Part shown: in pieces, positions 1-9,164 of the stretch | How positions within the stretch are numbered: position 1 is the first letter of the stretch | How the letters are laid out: each line of letters starts with the position of its first letter | Assembly: GCA_018714485.1 (NCBI GenBank) | Contig: DVNJ01000001.1 | Coordinates: 94,985-158,984, forward strand | From: Candidatus Caccalectryoclostridium excrementigallinarum | GTDB taxonomy: Bacteria > Bacillota > Clostridia > Christensenellales > UBA3700 | Length of the DNA stretch: 64,000 nt | Direction: 5' to 3' | Translations under genes and position numbers: made by a program | The notes under the pieces: model-generated | The model's input: the letters and a program-made list of their open reading frames with translations, nothing else | Database searches by the model: none | What the model was told of the DNA's origin: nothing

Positions 1-1081
1 GCTTGCTCAGATTGATGCCCAAAGGCACGCGCTGGGCGACGTCGCCCTCGGGATAGCAGTTCTGCAAAAGCATATAGGAAGAAAGCCCGCTCGCGTTGAT
101 GACCTCGGCAAAGGCGCTCTCGTTGCCTTTCTTGACCGCTTCCGCACCCGCGTCCACGCGCTTGTTCTCGTCGTAAAAATGCATGGCGCGCATGATGGCT
201 CTGCCGCTGACTTCGTTTTGCAGCGCGGAGATCTTGTCGTAAAAATCCTCTTCGCTCACTTCACGCAGCGTTTTGCCGCCCAATTTTCCCGCCACGAGCT
301 CCATTTCGCGGCGTATCGCGGCATAATTGTCGGTGAGATTGCAATGGTCGCCGCCCGTGTTGGTGATGACGATATCCATGTCGTCAAAGCCCCAATGAAT
401 GCTCTCCACTTCGGGATCGACGGTGGATTTGAAGTCTATGTAGCTCACGCCGCCGAGCGCGATCGCGCTCTGGTCGAGAAGTCCGCTGGGCTTGCCGAAA
501 TAGACGTTTTCGGCAAAGTAAGAGGCTTTCGCCTTGTCCATGGCGCCGAGCTTGCCGCCGTTATAAAGGCAGTTGAGTATTTCGCAGATGAGAAGTTCGA
601 AACTCGCCGACGAGGAAACTCCCGCGCCTTTGAAGACATTGCTCTGCGTGGTGGCTTTGAAGCCGCCTATCTTCCAACCGTGATCGAGATAATATTTGCA
701 GATGCCTTTGATGATGGCGGTCGAATCGCCCTCTTCCTCCTTTATCTTGCTGAGGTCGGCAACGTTGACGAAAACGGGCGGATAGCCCACAGACTCCACG
801 ATTATCACGCCGTCGTCCGTCTTGGTCACGCAGGCGAGCGTGTCCACGGTTATGGACGCGCAGAGCACTTTGCCGTTATTGTGGTCGGTATGATTGCCGC
901 AGACCTCTATCCTGCCGGGCGAAGAGAAAAATTCGCCTTCGCCGTATTTCGCCGCATGCAGATTGGCGAGCATGGCATAGCGCTCCGCCGCCTGAACGAC
1001 GTCCGCAGAGCCGTTAAGACGGGCTATTTCCGCCGCAAAAGCGGGATCGGATAAAAATTCTTTGGCGTTTGACTTACTCAT
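1..1081 (-). CDS. galK: Galactokinase (GHMP kinase), 3' end truncated by the window edge
   Basis: Not in the ORF track. Manual minus-strand translation from ATG 1081 (SD GAGGTG) gives MSKSNAKEF...FSSPGRIEVCGNHTDHNNGKVL, the GHMP ATP motif GAGVSSSAS and FGKPSGLLDQ. Divergent from galT. Confidence 0.92.
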   Translation of the reverse strand, partial: MSKSNAKEFLSDPAFAAEIARLNGSADVVQAAERYAMLANLHAAKYGEGEFFSSPGRIEVCGNHTDHNNGKVLCASITVDTLACVTKTDDGVIIVESVGYPPVFVNVADLSKIKEEEGDSTAIIKGICKYYLDHGWKIGGFKATTQSNVFKGAGVSSSASFELLICEILNCLYNGGKLGAMDKAKASYFAENVYFGKPSGLLDQSAIALGGVSYIDFKSTVDPEVESIHWGFDDMDIVITNTGGDHCNLTDNYAAIRREMELVAGKLGGKTLREVSEEDFYDKISALQNEVSGRAIMRAMHFYDENKRVDAGAEAVKKGNESAFAEVINASGLSSYMLLQNCYPEGDVAQRVPLGINLSK

Positions 1082-1169
1082 AACACTCACCTCTTCATTG
1101 TCGTTAGTAAGATTATAGCACACACGCGCGCGATTGTAAATATATAAGAGCGTGCTTGAAGGAAAACTC

Positions 1170-1198
1170 TTGCAAAATGCGCGTAAAAGTCTTATAAT
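1170..1198 (+). promoter_or_regulatory. sigmaA-type promoter of galT
   Basis: TTGCAA-17 nt-TATAAT upstream of galT; a divergent TTTACA-17-TATAAT on the minus strand serves galK. Confidence 0.65.
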
Positions 1199-1247
1199 AT
1201 ATTCGATCGAATATTTTCGATGCTTAAATAACTTTACGAGGTCATTT

Positions 1248-2780
1248 ATGTTGACGGAAGAACAACTCAGAGAAAAAGTAAGTCAGCTCGTCGCGTACGC
1301 GCGCGACCATATCGCCATGAACGAGGCGAACAGGATCTATGTGACCAACACCCTGCTCGACTTTTTCGGCTTGACGTATCCCGCGCCCATTCCGGAGAAA
1401 TACGGAGATTTTCAGACGGAGATAGTCGACCCGATCGTTCAACACGCCATCGAAACGGGCAGGATCAAGCCCGAAGAGAACATCCTCTTCGAAACCAAGC
1501 TTCTCGGTCTCGTCACTCCTTCTCCCGCAGAGGTGATCGCACAGTTCGACGCCATCGCGGGCAACAAGAGCGTCGAGGAAGCCACGACATGGCTCTTCGA
1601 GCTGAGCAAGGCGAACAATTACATACGCATGCCCGACATACGCAAGAACATCAAATGGTCGCATGAAGGCAAGAGGGGCGACATCGACATCACCATCAAC
1701 CTCTCCAAGCCCGAAAAAGACCCCAAGGCGATCGCGGCGGCGAAACTGCTGCCCAAGACGGGCTATCCCGCCTGCATGCTCTGCCCCGAAAACGTGGGCT
1801 TTGCCGGCAATCTCAACCACCCCGCGCGCCAGACGTTGCGCACTATCCCCATCGAACTTGACGGAGAACCTTGGGAGCTGCAATATTCTCCCTATCAATA
1901 TTACACCGAACACGTTATCGCCTTCTCCTGCGAACACCGTCCCATGGCGGTGACGGACGCGGCTTTCAGAAGGCTGCTCGACTTCGTCGACCTCTTCCCT
2001 CACTACTTCATTGGTTCGAACGCCGCTCTGCCCATTGTCGGCGGCTCGATCCTCACTCACGATCATTATCAGGGCGGAGCCAAGGTCCTGCCCATGATGA
2101 CGCGCGACTTCCGCAAGACTTATACCTGCACGCAATATCCCGACGTCAGGATAGGCATACTCGATTGGTATAACTCGGTCGTGCGCGTGTGCGGTAAAGA
2201 CCGTGAAGGCGTATATAATCTTGCAAAACGCGTCCTCGACACATGGCAGAATTGGACGGACGAAGAGGCGAACGTGATCTGCCGCACGGACGATCAGCAC
2301 AACGCGATCACCCCTATCTGCCGCAATAACGAGGGCGAATATGTCTTCGATCTCATCTTGCGCAACAACCGCACGGACGAAAAGCACCCCTACGGCATCT
2401 TCCACCCCGAAGAAAGCATGCACAACATCAAGAAGGAAGGCATCGGCATAATCGAGGTCATGGGCTTGTTCATTCTGCCCGGCAGATTGAAAAAAGAGCT
2501 TGCCGAAGTGGAAAAATATCTGACCGGCGAGAACATTCTCGACCTCAAGGCGCTCTCGGACGCGGAAAATCCCATGTCCAAGCATGCGCAGATGATCTTG
2601 CAGCTCGTCAACGACAACGGCAACACCAACTCCGCCGAACGCGCGGAAAAGCTCGTCACCGACTTTGTCAACGACACCTGCGAAAAGATCTTGGAGTGCA
2701 CGGGCGTCTTCAAGAATACCGAAGTCGGACAAAAATGCTTTGACAGATTTATGAAAGAAGGCTTGAACCTGAACGACTGA
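1248..2780 (+). CDS. galT: Galactose-1-phosphate uridylyltransferase (class II)
   Basis: Motifs ITINLSKPEKDPK, QYSPYQYY and PIVGGSILTHDHYQGG; ATG 1248 follows SD GAGGT. Confidence 0.95.
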   Translation: MLTEEQLREKVSQLVAYARDHIAMNEANRIYVTNTLLDFFGLTYPAPIPEKYGDFQTEIVDPIVQHAIETGRIKPEENILFETKLLGLVTPSPAEVIAQFDAIAGNKSVEEATTWLFELSKANNYIRMPDIRKNIKWSHEGKRGDIDITINLSKPEKDPKAIAAAKLLPKTGYPACMLCPENVGFAGNLNHPARQTLRTIPIELDGEPWELQYSPYQYYTEHVIAFSCEHRPMAVTDAAFRRLLDFVDLFPHYFIGSNAALPIVGGSILTHDHYQGGAKVLPMMTRDFRKTYTCTQYPDVRIGILDWYNSVVRVCGKDREGVYNLAKRVLDTWQNWTDEEANVICRTDDQHNAITPICRNNEGEYVFDLILRNNRTDEKHPYGIFHPEESMHNIKKEGIGIIEVMGLFILPGRLKKELAEVEKYLTGENILDLKALSDAENPMSKHAQMILQLVNDNGNTNSAERAEKLVTDFVNDTCEKILECTGVFKNTEVGQKCFDRFMKEGLNLND

Positions 2781-2794
2781 CCGCAACAAACGGC

Positions 2795-2825
2795 AAGAGC
2801 GCGGCGAAAACCGCGCTCTTTTTTT
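2795..2825 (+). terminator. Rho-independent terminator of galT
   Basis: AAGAGCGCGG-CGAAAA-CCGCGCTCTT followed by a T tract. Confidence 0.85.
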
Positions 2826-2882
2826 GCGTCGAACAGCTTGCGACGCCGCAGCGAAAGAAAACCTCTACAAAGCAAGGACATG

Positions 2883-2910
2883 AAAAAACCGCCCTCACGG
2901 ACGGTTTTTT
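2883..2910 (-). terminator. Rho-independent terminator of the decarboxylase operon
   Basis: Minus strand CCGTCC-GTGA-GGGCGG-TTTTTT just after the oadA stop. Confidence 0.8.
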
Positions 2911-2927
2911 GCTTGTTCGTCTGATGA

Positions 2928-4319
2928 TCACACGGGCATTATCTTCTGCTCTACGCTTCCCACTTCCGTATCGACGTGATGCATGTTCGCCTGACGATAC
3001 TTGAAATAGTTCGTGGCGACCTGCGGGAAGAGCGCGTAAGAGAGGACGTCCTCTTCCTGCTCGATATATTCCGCGCATTCGGCGCGATATTTGTCCATTT
3101 CCGGTTGCAGGAGATCGGCGGGACGGCAGGTGATGCGCTCCTCGTCGCCGATGGCTTTTTTGACGACTTCGGGGTTAGGCTCTGCGGGAAGTTTTCCGTA
3201 TTCGCCGCGAAGCACGCCCTTAGTCTCGGAAGAGACCACCTTATATCTCTCGCCGTAGAAGACGTTGAACACCGCCTGCGTACCGACGATCTGGCTGGTC
3301 GGGGTGACCAGAGGCGGATAGCCGAGATCTTCCCTCACGCGCGGCACTTCCGCGAGCACCTTGTCGTAAAGATCTTCGGCGTGAAGCTGCTTGAGCTGGT
3401 TGACCAGGTTGGAAAGCATGCCGCCGGGAACTTGATAGATGAGCGCCCTGACGTCCGTCTGCAAGGACTTGTCGGTGAGGAAACCGTCCGCTTTGAGCCT
3501 CGCCGCAACCTTCTTGAAGTGCTCGGTCAGCTCGTTGAGCTTGACGATGTCGATACCCGTGTCGTATTCGGTACCCGCAAGCGCGGCGACCATGGGTTCG
3601 GTCGCGGGCTGAGAGGTGCCGTTGCCCAAAGGCGAGAGCGCGCAGTCGATGATGTCCACGCCAGCCTCGATAGCCTTTAAATAAGTGAGGTTGCCCACGC
3701 CTGCGGTCTGGTGAGTATGCAGGTGAATGGGGATCCTGATTGCGGATTTAAGCTCTTTGACCAACTCGTAAGCCGTGTAAGGGAGCAATATGCCCGCCAT
3801 ATCCTTGATACAAATGACGTCCGCGCCCATCTTTTCGAGCTTCTTGGCAAGCTCGACGAAATATTCGTTGGTGTGGACGGGGGACGTGGTGTAGCTGAAC
3901 GCCGCCTCGCAGATACCGCCGTGCTTTTGGCAGGCTTTCATCGCCCTTTCCATGTTGCGGGGGTCGTTGAGCGCGTCGAAGATACGCATGACGGTGATAC
4001 CGTTTTCGATGGACTTCTTCACGAATTCGTCCACGACGTCGTCGGCATAGTGCTTATATCCGAGCAGGTTCTGTCCGCGCAGCAGCATTTGCAAAGGCGT
4101 TTTGGGCATCGCCTCTTTGAGCTTGCGCAGTCTCGTCCAGGGATCCTCGTTCAAAAAGCGCAGGCAGGAGTCGAAAGTCGCGCCGCCCCAGCACTCGATC
4201 GAATAATAACCTATCTTGTCGAGCTTGTCGGCAACGGGCAGCATTTCGTCCAATCTCATGCGCGTTGCCGCCTGCGACTGGTGAGCGTCTCTTAAAATAG
4301 TTTCCGTTATCTTTACCAT
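2928..4319 (-). CDS. oadA: Oxaloacetate decarboxylase alpha / transcarboxylase 5S-like carboxyltransferase, without a fused biotin domain
   Basis: Motifs LRDAHQS, ECWGGATFD, IKDMAG, HLHTH, QVPGGMLSNL and GYPPLVTPTSQIVG. Confidence 0.88.
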   Translation of the reverse strand: MVKITETILRDAHQSQAATRMRLDEMLPVADKLDKIGYYSIECWGGATFDSCLRFLNEDPWTRLRKLKEAMPKTPLQMLLRGQNLLGYKHYADDVVDEFVKKSIENGITVMRIFDALNDPRNMERAMKACQKHGGICEAAFSYTTSPVHTNEYFVELAKKLEKMGADVICIKDMAGILLPYTAYELVKELKSAIRIPIHLHTHQTAGVGNLTYLKAIEAGVDIIDCALSPLGNGTSQPATEPMVAALAGTEYDTGIDIVKLNELTEHFKKVAARLKADGFLTDKSLQTDVRALIYQVPGGMLSNLVNQLKQLHAEDLYDKVLAEVPRVREDLGYPPLVTPTSQIVGTQAVFNVFYGERYKVVSSETKGVLRGEYGKLPAEPNPEVVKKAIGDEERITCRPADLLQPEMDKYRAECAEYIEQEEDVLSYALFPQVATNYFKYRQANMHHVDTEVGSVEQKIMPV

Positions 4320-4336
4320 AATTTACCTCTTTGATC

Positions 4337-5809
4337 TTAGAATACGCCGAAGCAGGCGAGCAATACGCCCGCAGCGACAGCCGAGCCGATAACGCCGGAG
4401 ACGTTAGGACCCATTGCGTGCATGAGCAGATAGTTGTTGGGGTTCTCCTCCTGCCCTACGTTGTGCGCGATACGCGCCGCCATAGGAACTGCGGAGACGC
4501 CCGCGGCGCCGATGATCGGGTTGACCTTGCCCTTGGTGAGCAGGCACATGAGCTTTCCTATCAGCACGCCGCCCGCGGTACCCAAACTGAACGCCACGAC
4601 ACCGATGACCATGATGAGCAGCGTCTGCTGCGTGAGGAAGGTGTCGGCGGTAGCCTTGGAACCGACCAAAGTACCGAGCAGAATGGTGACGATGTTGATG
4701 AGTTCGTTGCTTGCCGTCTTGGTGAGACGAGGCACGACGCCCGACTCTCTGAACAGGTTACCGAGCATGAGCATACCGATGAGCGGGATCGCCGAAGGCA
4801 GAAGCACGCCCACGATACCCGTGACGACCAGCGGGAAGATGACCTTCTCCGTCTTGGAAACGGGACGCAGCTGTTCCATGACTATGCCCCTCTCCTTCTT
4901 GGTCGTGAGCAGCTTGATGATAGGCGGCTGGATTATCTTGATCAGCGCCATATAAGAGTAAGCCGCAACGGCGATGGACGCCAGCAAGTGAGGCGCCAAC
5001 TTGGTGGTCACATAGATAGCCGTGGGACCGTCCGCGCCGCCGATGATACCGATGGAAGCCGCCTCTTCGCCCGTGAAGCCGATGAGGATAGCCACCGTGA
5101 AGGTGATGAAGATACCCAGCTGAGCCGCCGCGCCCATGAGCATACTGCTCGGGTTGGCGATCATGGGACCAAAGTCGGTCATTGCGCCGATACCCATGAA
5201 GATGAGCGGCGGGAAGATGACCCATTCGACGCCCTTATAAAGATAATAGAAAATACCTTCGTTGGCGACGATGCCCGTGGCGATCGAAAACTCGTTGCCT
5301 GCGTACATGGTGCCCGCCATGGCGTCCTGCACCGCCTTCAAGACGGTGAACACGCTCTCGTCGGCAGAGGTCATGGGCAGCGCAAGCAAGGTCTTCTGCG
5401 CCTCGGCGGAAAGCTCCGCCCAAGTCGCGGGCAGCGTTTCAAGCCCGGAGAGCGCTCCCTTGAACGCCCCGGGATCGATATTGTATATCCAGGCGATAAG
5501 CCCTTCCTGCGAACCTTTGAAGATGTCCGCGCCCGTCGTGGCGTTGGTCAATATGTATCCCGACGTTCCGTATAAGATGTTATACGCGCCCGGGATATTG
5601 ATGATAAACATACCGAAACCGATAGCCACCAGCAAGTTAGGCTCGAATTCTTTATATACCGCCAGATAGATGAGGATACACGCTATCGCCAGCATGATAA
5701 AGTTTTTCCAGATGTCCGCGCCCGTGGTCATGAAGCCCGTGCTCTCCCACAGGGTCTTCATCGCCTCCACGAACTCGAACGAGGAAAATGATGAGAATAT
5801 ATCTACCAT
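4337..5809 (-). CDS. oadB: Na+-translocating decarboxylase beta subunit (OadB/MmdB/GcdB family)
   Basis: Motifs IFPPLIFMGIGAMTDFGP, IGIIGGADGPTAI and HAMGPNVSGVIGSA; multi-pass membrane protein. Confidence 0.92.
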   Translation of the reverse strand: MVDIFSSFSSFEFVEAMKTLWESTGFMTTGADIWKNFIMLAIACILIYLAVYKEFEPNLLVAIGFGMFIINIPGAYNILYGTSGYILTNATTGADIFKGSQEGLIAWIYNIDPGAFKGALSGLETLPATWAELSAEAQKTLLALPMTSADESVFTVLKAVQDAMAGTMYAGNEFSIATGIVANEGIFYYLYKGVEWVIFPPLIFMGIGAMTDFGPMIANPSSMLMGAAAQLGIFITFTVAILIGFTGEEAASIGIIGGADGPTAIYVTTKLAPHLLASIAVAAYSYMALIKIIQPPIIKLLTTKKERGIVMEQLRPVSKTEKVIFPLVVTGIVGVLLPSAIPLIGMLMLGNLFRESGVVPRLTKTASNELINIVTILLGTLVGSKATADTFLTQQTLLIMVIGVVAFSLGTAGGVLIGKLMCLLTKGKVNPIIGAAGVSAVPMAARIAHNVGQEENPNNYLLMHAMGPNVSGVIGSAVAAGVLLACFGVF

Positions 5810-5824
5810 ACTAACCTCCGCGGG

Positions 5825-6223
5825 TTACGCTATCGTGCAAAGCAGCGCGCCGGTATCCACGTTGGCGCCTTCGTTTACGCAGTAAGTAATAACGCCGCTC
5901 TTGGGAGCCACGACGGGGGTATCCATCTTCATGGCTTCAAGGGTGATTATCTCCTTGCCCGCCTCTACGCTCGCGCCGTTGGCAAAGCAGAGCTTTTTGA
6001 CCAGACCGGGCATGGGGGAATTGACGGGTTCGCCCTTTCCTGCCGCAGCGGGAGCCGGAGCGGGTGCGGGTGCGGGCGCAGCGGGAGCCGGAGCGGGAGC
6101 TGCGGCAACGGGTGCGGGAGCCGCCGCAACGGGTGCGGGTGCGGGAGCCGCGGCGACGCCGCCTATCTCCTCTACTTCCACGGCATAGGATCTTCCATTG
6201 ACGTTAACATTGAACTTGCGCAT
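5825..6223 (-). CDS. Biotin carboxyl carrier subunit (MmdC/GcdC-like)
   Basis: EAMKM biotinylation motif, Ala/Pro linker, N-terminus MRKFNVNVNG. Confidence 0.92.
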   Translation of the reverse strand: MRKFNVNVNGRSYAVEVEEIGGVAAAPAPAPVAAAPAPVAAAPAPAPAAPAPAPAPAPAAAGKGEPVNSPMPGLVKKLCFANGASVEAGKEIITLEAMKMDTPVVAPKSGVITYCVNEGANVDTGALLCTIA

Positions 6224-6249
6224 TTTTATTTCTCCTTGAATGATTTTCT

Positions 6250-6792
6250 TTATTTGATCTCTTTAATCGAGCGTACGCGGAATTTAAGATTGGAACGCTC
6301 GTATGCGGGCATTGCGTCGTAATAGGCATATATCGCCGCCATGACCGCCGCTATCTCCTCTTCTTCGTCCGTTTCGGAAGCAACGGGCGCGGGAGCATCC
6401 TTTTTCTGCGCCGCTTCGACTCTGGCGCGGGCGGCATCTATCTTCGCCTGCTTTTCGGCTGCCTTTCTCGCCTTTGCCTCGGCTTTGCGCGCCGCTCTGT
6501 CCTTTCCCCTGCCTGCGCTCGCCTGCTCCAATTTTTCAAGCAGCATCTTCAAGCCTTTGATGAGGATGATGAGCACGATGAGGACGACGAAGACGACCAA
6601 AAGACCGATCGCCGCGACTTGAAGTCCGGTGAGCAGCCTGTCGCCGCCGTTCATGTCCGCAATGCCCATGTCGTCAGGCTCGGCGGGGTCGCTTATCATC
6701 TCGCAGCCGGCAAACAGCATGACGACTGCCGCGCAGGCGATGAGGGCGATAAGCGCAAAAGTTAAAAATAACTTCTTTTTGTTCATATACAC
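6250..6792 (-). CDS. OadG/MmdD-family membrane anchor subunit
   Basis: TM segment GLLVVFVVLIVLIILI, Ala/Lys linker, EEIAAVMAAI and FRVRSIK C-terminus; operon position. Confidence 0.8.
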   Translation of the reverse strand: MYMNKKKLFLTFALIALIACAAVVMLFAGCEMISDPAEPDDMGIADMNGGDRLLTGLQVAAIGLLVVFVVLIVLIILIKGLKMLLEKLEQASAGRGKDRAARKAEAKARKAAEKQAKIDAARARVEAAQKKDAPAPVASETDEEEEIAAVMAAIYAYYDAMPAYERSNLKFRVRSIKEIK

Positions 6793-6797
6793 CTGCC

Positions 6798-8192
6798 TTA
6801 TATACCCAAGAGCATCAACAGCGCGGAGCTGACGTAAGGACGCAGGTCTCCCGCCTCGATGACGTTATCGATGTAGCCTTCACCCGCCGCGGCGAGAGGG
6901 CTTGCCATGTCGCTCTCGAACTGCTTTTCGAGAGCCTTGCGCGCCTTGGCGCCGTTGCTCTTTTTCAACTCTTCCGTATAGAAGACATGAACGCCCGTAT
7001 CGGCGGTGACGGGAGCGATCGCCGCAGCCGTCGTTGCCAAGGTGTAATCAAAGCCGATACCCTTGCTCATCAGCGCGGAATAAGCCGCGCCCACGGCGTT
7101 GCCGCAAGCCACGCCTATCATGGGATGTTCGTAAGAGGCGATCGCCTTGAACAGGCATGCCGTCTTGTCGGCAAAGCCGCAAAGCTCCTCTTCGAGAGTG
7201 GGATCGAAGCCCTTGCTGTCCACCAAAGAGATGAGCGGGAGACCGAAAGCGTTGGCTTTCTTGATAAAGCTCGCCGCTTTCTTGATGGCGTTTTCGCTCA
7301 TATAGCCGTTGTTTTCCGAGGAATCGCCCGCCACGACGGCGACGGAGATACCGTTCACCTTGGCGTAAGCGCAGACGACGTCTTTGGCAAAATCGGGATT
7401 CACTTCCACATATTTGCCGCCGTCGCAGAGCGCGGAAAGCGCGCTCTTGACGTCATATTTCTTCGTGAGTGCGGAGAAAACGCGGTTGGGATCGTCCTCC
7501 GCCTCTTCCCTGTCGATGACGCCGATCGTCGCCAAAAGCTCGACGAGTTTTCCTTTGAGTTCCTTTTCGCTCGCAAAGCCGTCGTTCACCGTGATGCCCG
7601 CGCTCTTGTAAGCGTCAAAGCCCGCCATCTTGTTGAGCTTGGGAACGGCGGAGAGCTTGGAGGCGTGATACATGGGCGAATTGACGGAAAGGACGGCGTC
7701 CTTGCTCATAAAAACGTGATCCGCCATCGCCGCGAAGGTGGCGGTCATGCCCACCGCAACGCCCTTGACTACACAGATATGCGGCACGGTCTCGGCGACT
7801 TCCGCCGCCATGGCGAGCAGCTGCGCATAAGATTCCATCACCGCGGTGCCCTCGCTCAGACGCGCGCCGGAGCAATCGAGGACGGAGATGAGCGGAGTTC
7901 CCGTCTTGCAGGCTCTTTGCATGCATTTGACGATCTTCTTGGCAGACGCCGCGCCGATACTTCCCAGCATCACGTCCGCGTTCTGGGCAAATACGTTGAC
8001 GGGAGTGCCTTCGATCGTGGCATAACCCGTAACGACGCCCTCGCCCGTTACGCCCTGACTTTCCGCGCCGACCACGAAAGCGTCCGTTTCCACGAACGAG
8101 CCTTCGTCCACGATGCCGCCGATAAAATTCCTCGCCTTTTCGCTGACTTTGTCAACGGCAGCCTGAGCCGACACAAGTTGCTTTTTGTCCAT
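6798..8192 (-). CDS. Acyl-CoA carboxyltransferase domain protein (MmdA/PccB-like, divergent)
   Basis: Motifs GEGVVTGYATIEG, DCSGARLSEG and AAGEGYIDNVIE; first gene of the decarboxylase cluster. Confidence 0.8.
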   Translation of the reverse strand: MDKKQLVSAQAAVDKVSEKARNFIGGIVDEGSFVETDAFVVGAESQGVTGEGVVTGYATIEGTPVNVFAQNADVMLGSIGAASAKKIVKCMQRACKTGTPLISVLDCSGARLSEGTAVMESYAQLLAMAAEVAETVPHICVVKGVAVGMTATFAAMADHVFMSKDAVLSVNSPMYHASKLSAVPKLNKMAGFDAYKSAGITVNDGFASEKELKGKLVELLATIGVIDREEAEDDPNRVFSALTKKYDVKSALSALCDGGKYVEVNPDFAKDVVCAYAKVNGISVAVVAGDSSENNGYMSENAIKKAASFIKKANAFGLPLISLVDSKGFDPTLEEELCGFADKTACLFKAIASYEHPMIGVACGNAVGAAYSALMSKGIGFDYTLATTAAAIAPVTADTGVHVFYTEELKKSNGAKARKALEKQFESDMASPLAAAGEGYIDNVIEAGDLRPYVSSALLMLLGI

Positions 8193-8406
8193 TATAAAAA
8201 CCTCCGAAAATTTTCGAGTTGATCCCTCTTACCTTACGCCGCACGCGATCACGCGCCCGACGGTACGTCCTAATAATTGTATAATCAAAGTAAAAATTTT
8301 GCAAGCAATTCAAACGCGTTTTCTCAACTTTTACCTTGAAAATTTCCTTTTGAAGACAGCTTATAAATATAGGTTATATTTGCCCGCAGTTCTGCGCCGA
8401 GAAATC

Positions 8407-8434
8407 AAAAAAGACGGCTTATGCCGCCCTTTTT
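8407..8434 (-). terminator. Rho-independent terminator after rluB
   Basis: Minus strand AAAAGGGCGGC-ATAA-GCCGTCTTTTTT. Confidence 0.75.
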
Positions 8435-8450
8435 ACGCCGCCCGAGCGGC

Positions 8451-9164
8451 TCAAAATCTTTTCAGATATTCCACTTCTTCTTCGCGCAGATAGCGCCAGG
8501 CGCCGCGCGCAAGCCCGCCGAGACGCAGATCGCCTATCGCCACTCTTTTGAGGAAAACGACGTTCCTTTCCACCGCTTCGAACATGCGGCGCACCTGCCT
8601 GTTGCGTCCCTCGGTTATCGTCACGAGCAGCTTGGCTTCCTTTTCGCCCTGCTCCAAAAGTTTGACCTTGCTGCGCTTTGTCTTGACCCCGTCTATCTCC
8701 ACTCCTTTGCGCAATTTTGCGAGTATGTGTTCGGGAAATTCGCCTTCGGCGCGCACGAGATAGCTCTTCGGAACTTCGCCCGAAGGATGGGCGAGGCGGT
8801 TGACGAGTTCGCCGTCGTTGGTGAGCAGGAGCAATCCTTCCGTGTCGTAATCCAGCCTGCCTACGGGCACGAGATGGGGAACTTCGACGTCGAGATAGTC
8901 ATAGACCGTCTTTCTCCCCTTTTCGTCGCGCAGAGACGTTATGCAACCCTTGGGCTTATAGAGCATGATATAGGTCATTTTCGACACGGGCTCGACTTTT
9001 TTACCGTCGAGCGTGACCGTATCGTTATCCGTTTCGACCATTTTCCCCAGCTCGGTCACGACGATCGAATTGACCCTGACCCTGCCCGAGGCGATCAGCT
9101 CATCGGCTCCCCTGCGGGATGCCGCGCCGCAGCTTGCAAGAAATTTGTTCAGCCTCACTTTCAT
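8451..9164 (-). CDS. rluB: rRNA pseudouridine synthase (RluB/RsuA family)
   Basis: S4 domain RLNKFLA..G..SRR, catalytic GRLDYDTEGLLLLTNDG, and EGRNRQVRRM. Confidence 0.9.
   Translation of the reverse strand: MKVRLNKFLASCGAASRRGADELIASGRVRVNSIVVTELGKMVETDNDTVTLDGKKVEPVSKMTYIMLYKPKGCITSLRDEKGRKTVYDYLDVEVPHLVPVGRLDYDTEGLLLLTNDGELVNRLAHPSGEVPKSYLVRAEGEFPEHILAKLRKGVEIDGVKTKRSKVKLLEQGEKEAKLLVTITEGRNRQVRRMFEAVERNVVFLKRVAIGDLRLGGLARGAWRYLREEEVEYLKRF

Noticed and set aside
179-1054. 291-aa plus-strand ORF in the track
   Set aside because: Antisense shadow of galK, which has clear GHMP motifs on the minus strand and was missed because it runs off the window.
6040-6160. Tandem GCGGGTGCGGGA-like repeats
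   Set aside because: They encode the ordinary Ala-Pro linker of the biotin carrier; not a CRISPR array or independent repeat.
9100-9164. 65-bp overlap of the dacB 3' end with rluB, a possible frameshift
   Set aside because: Both proteins keep all their motifs; the overlap affects only a variable tail.
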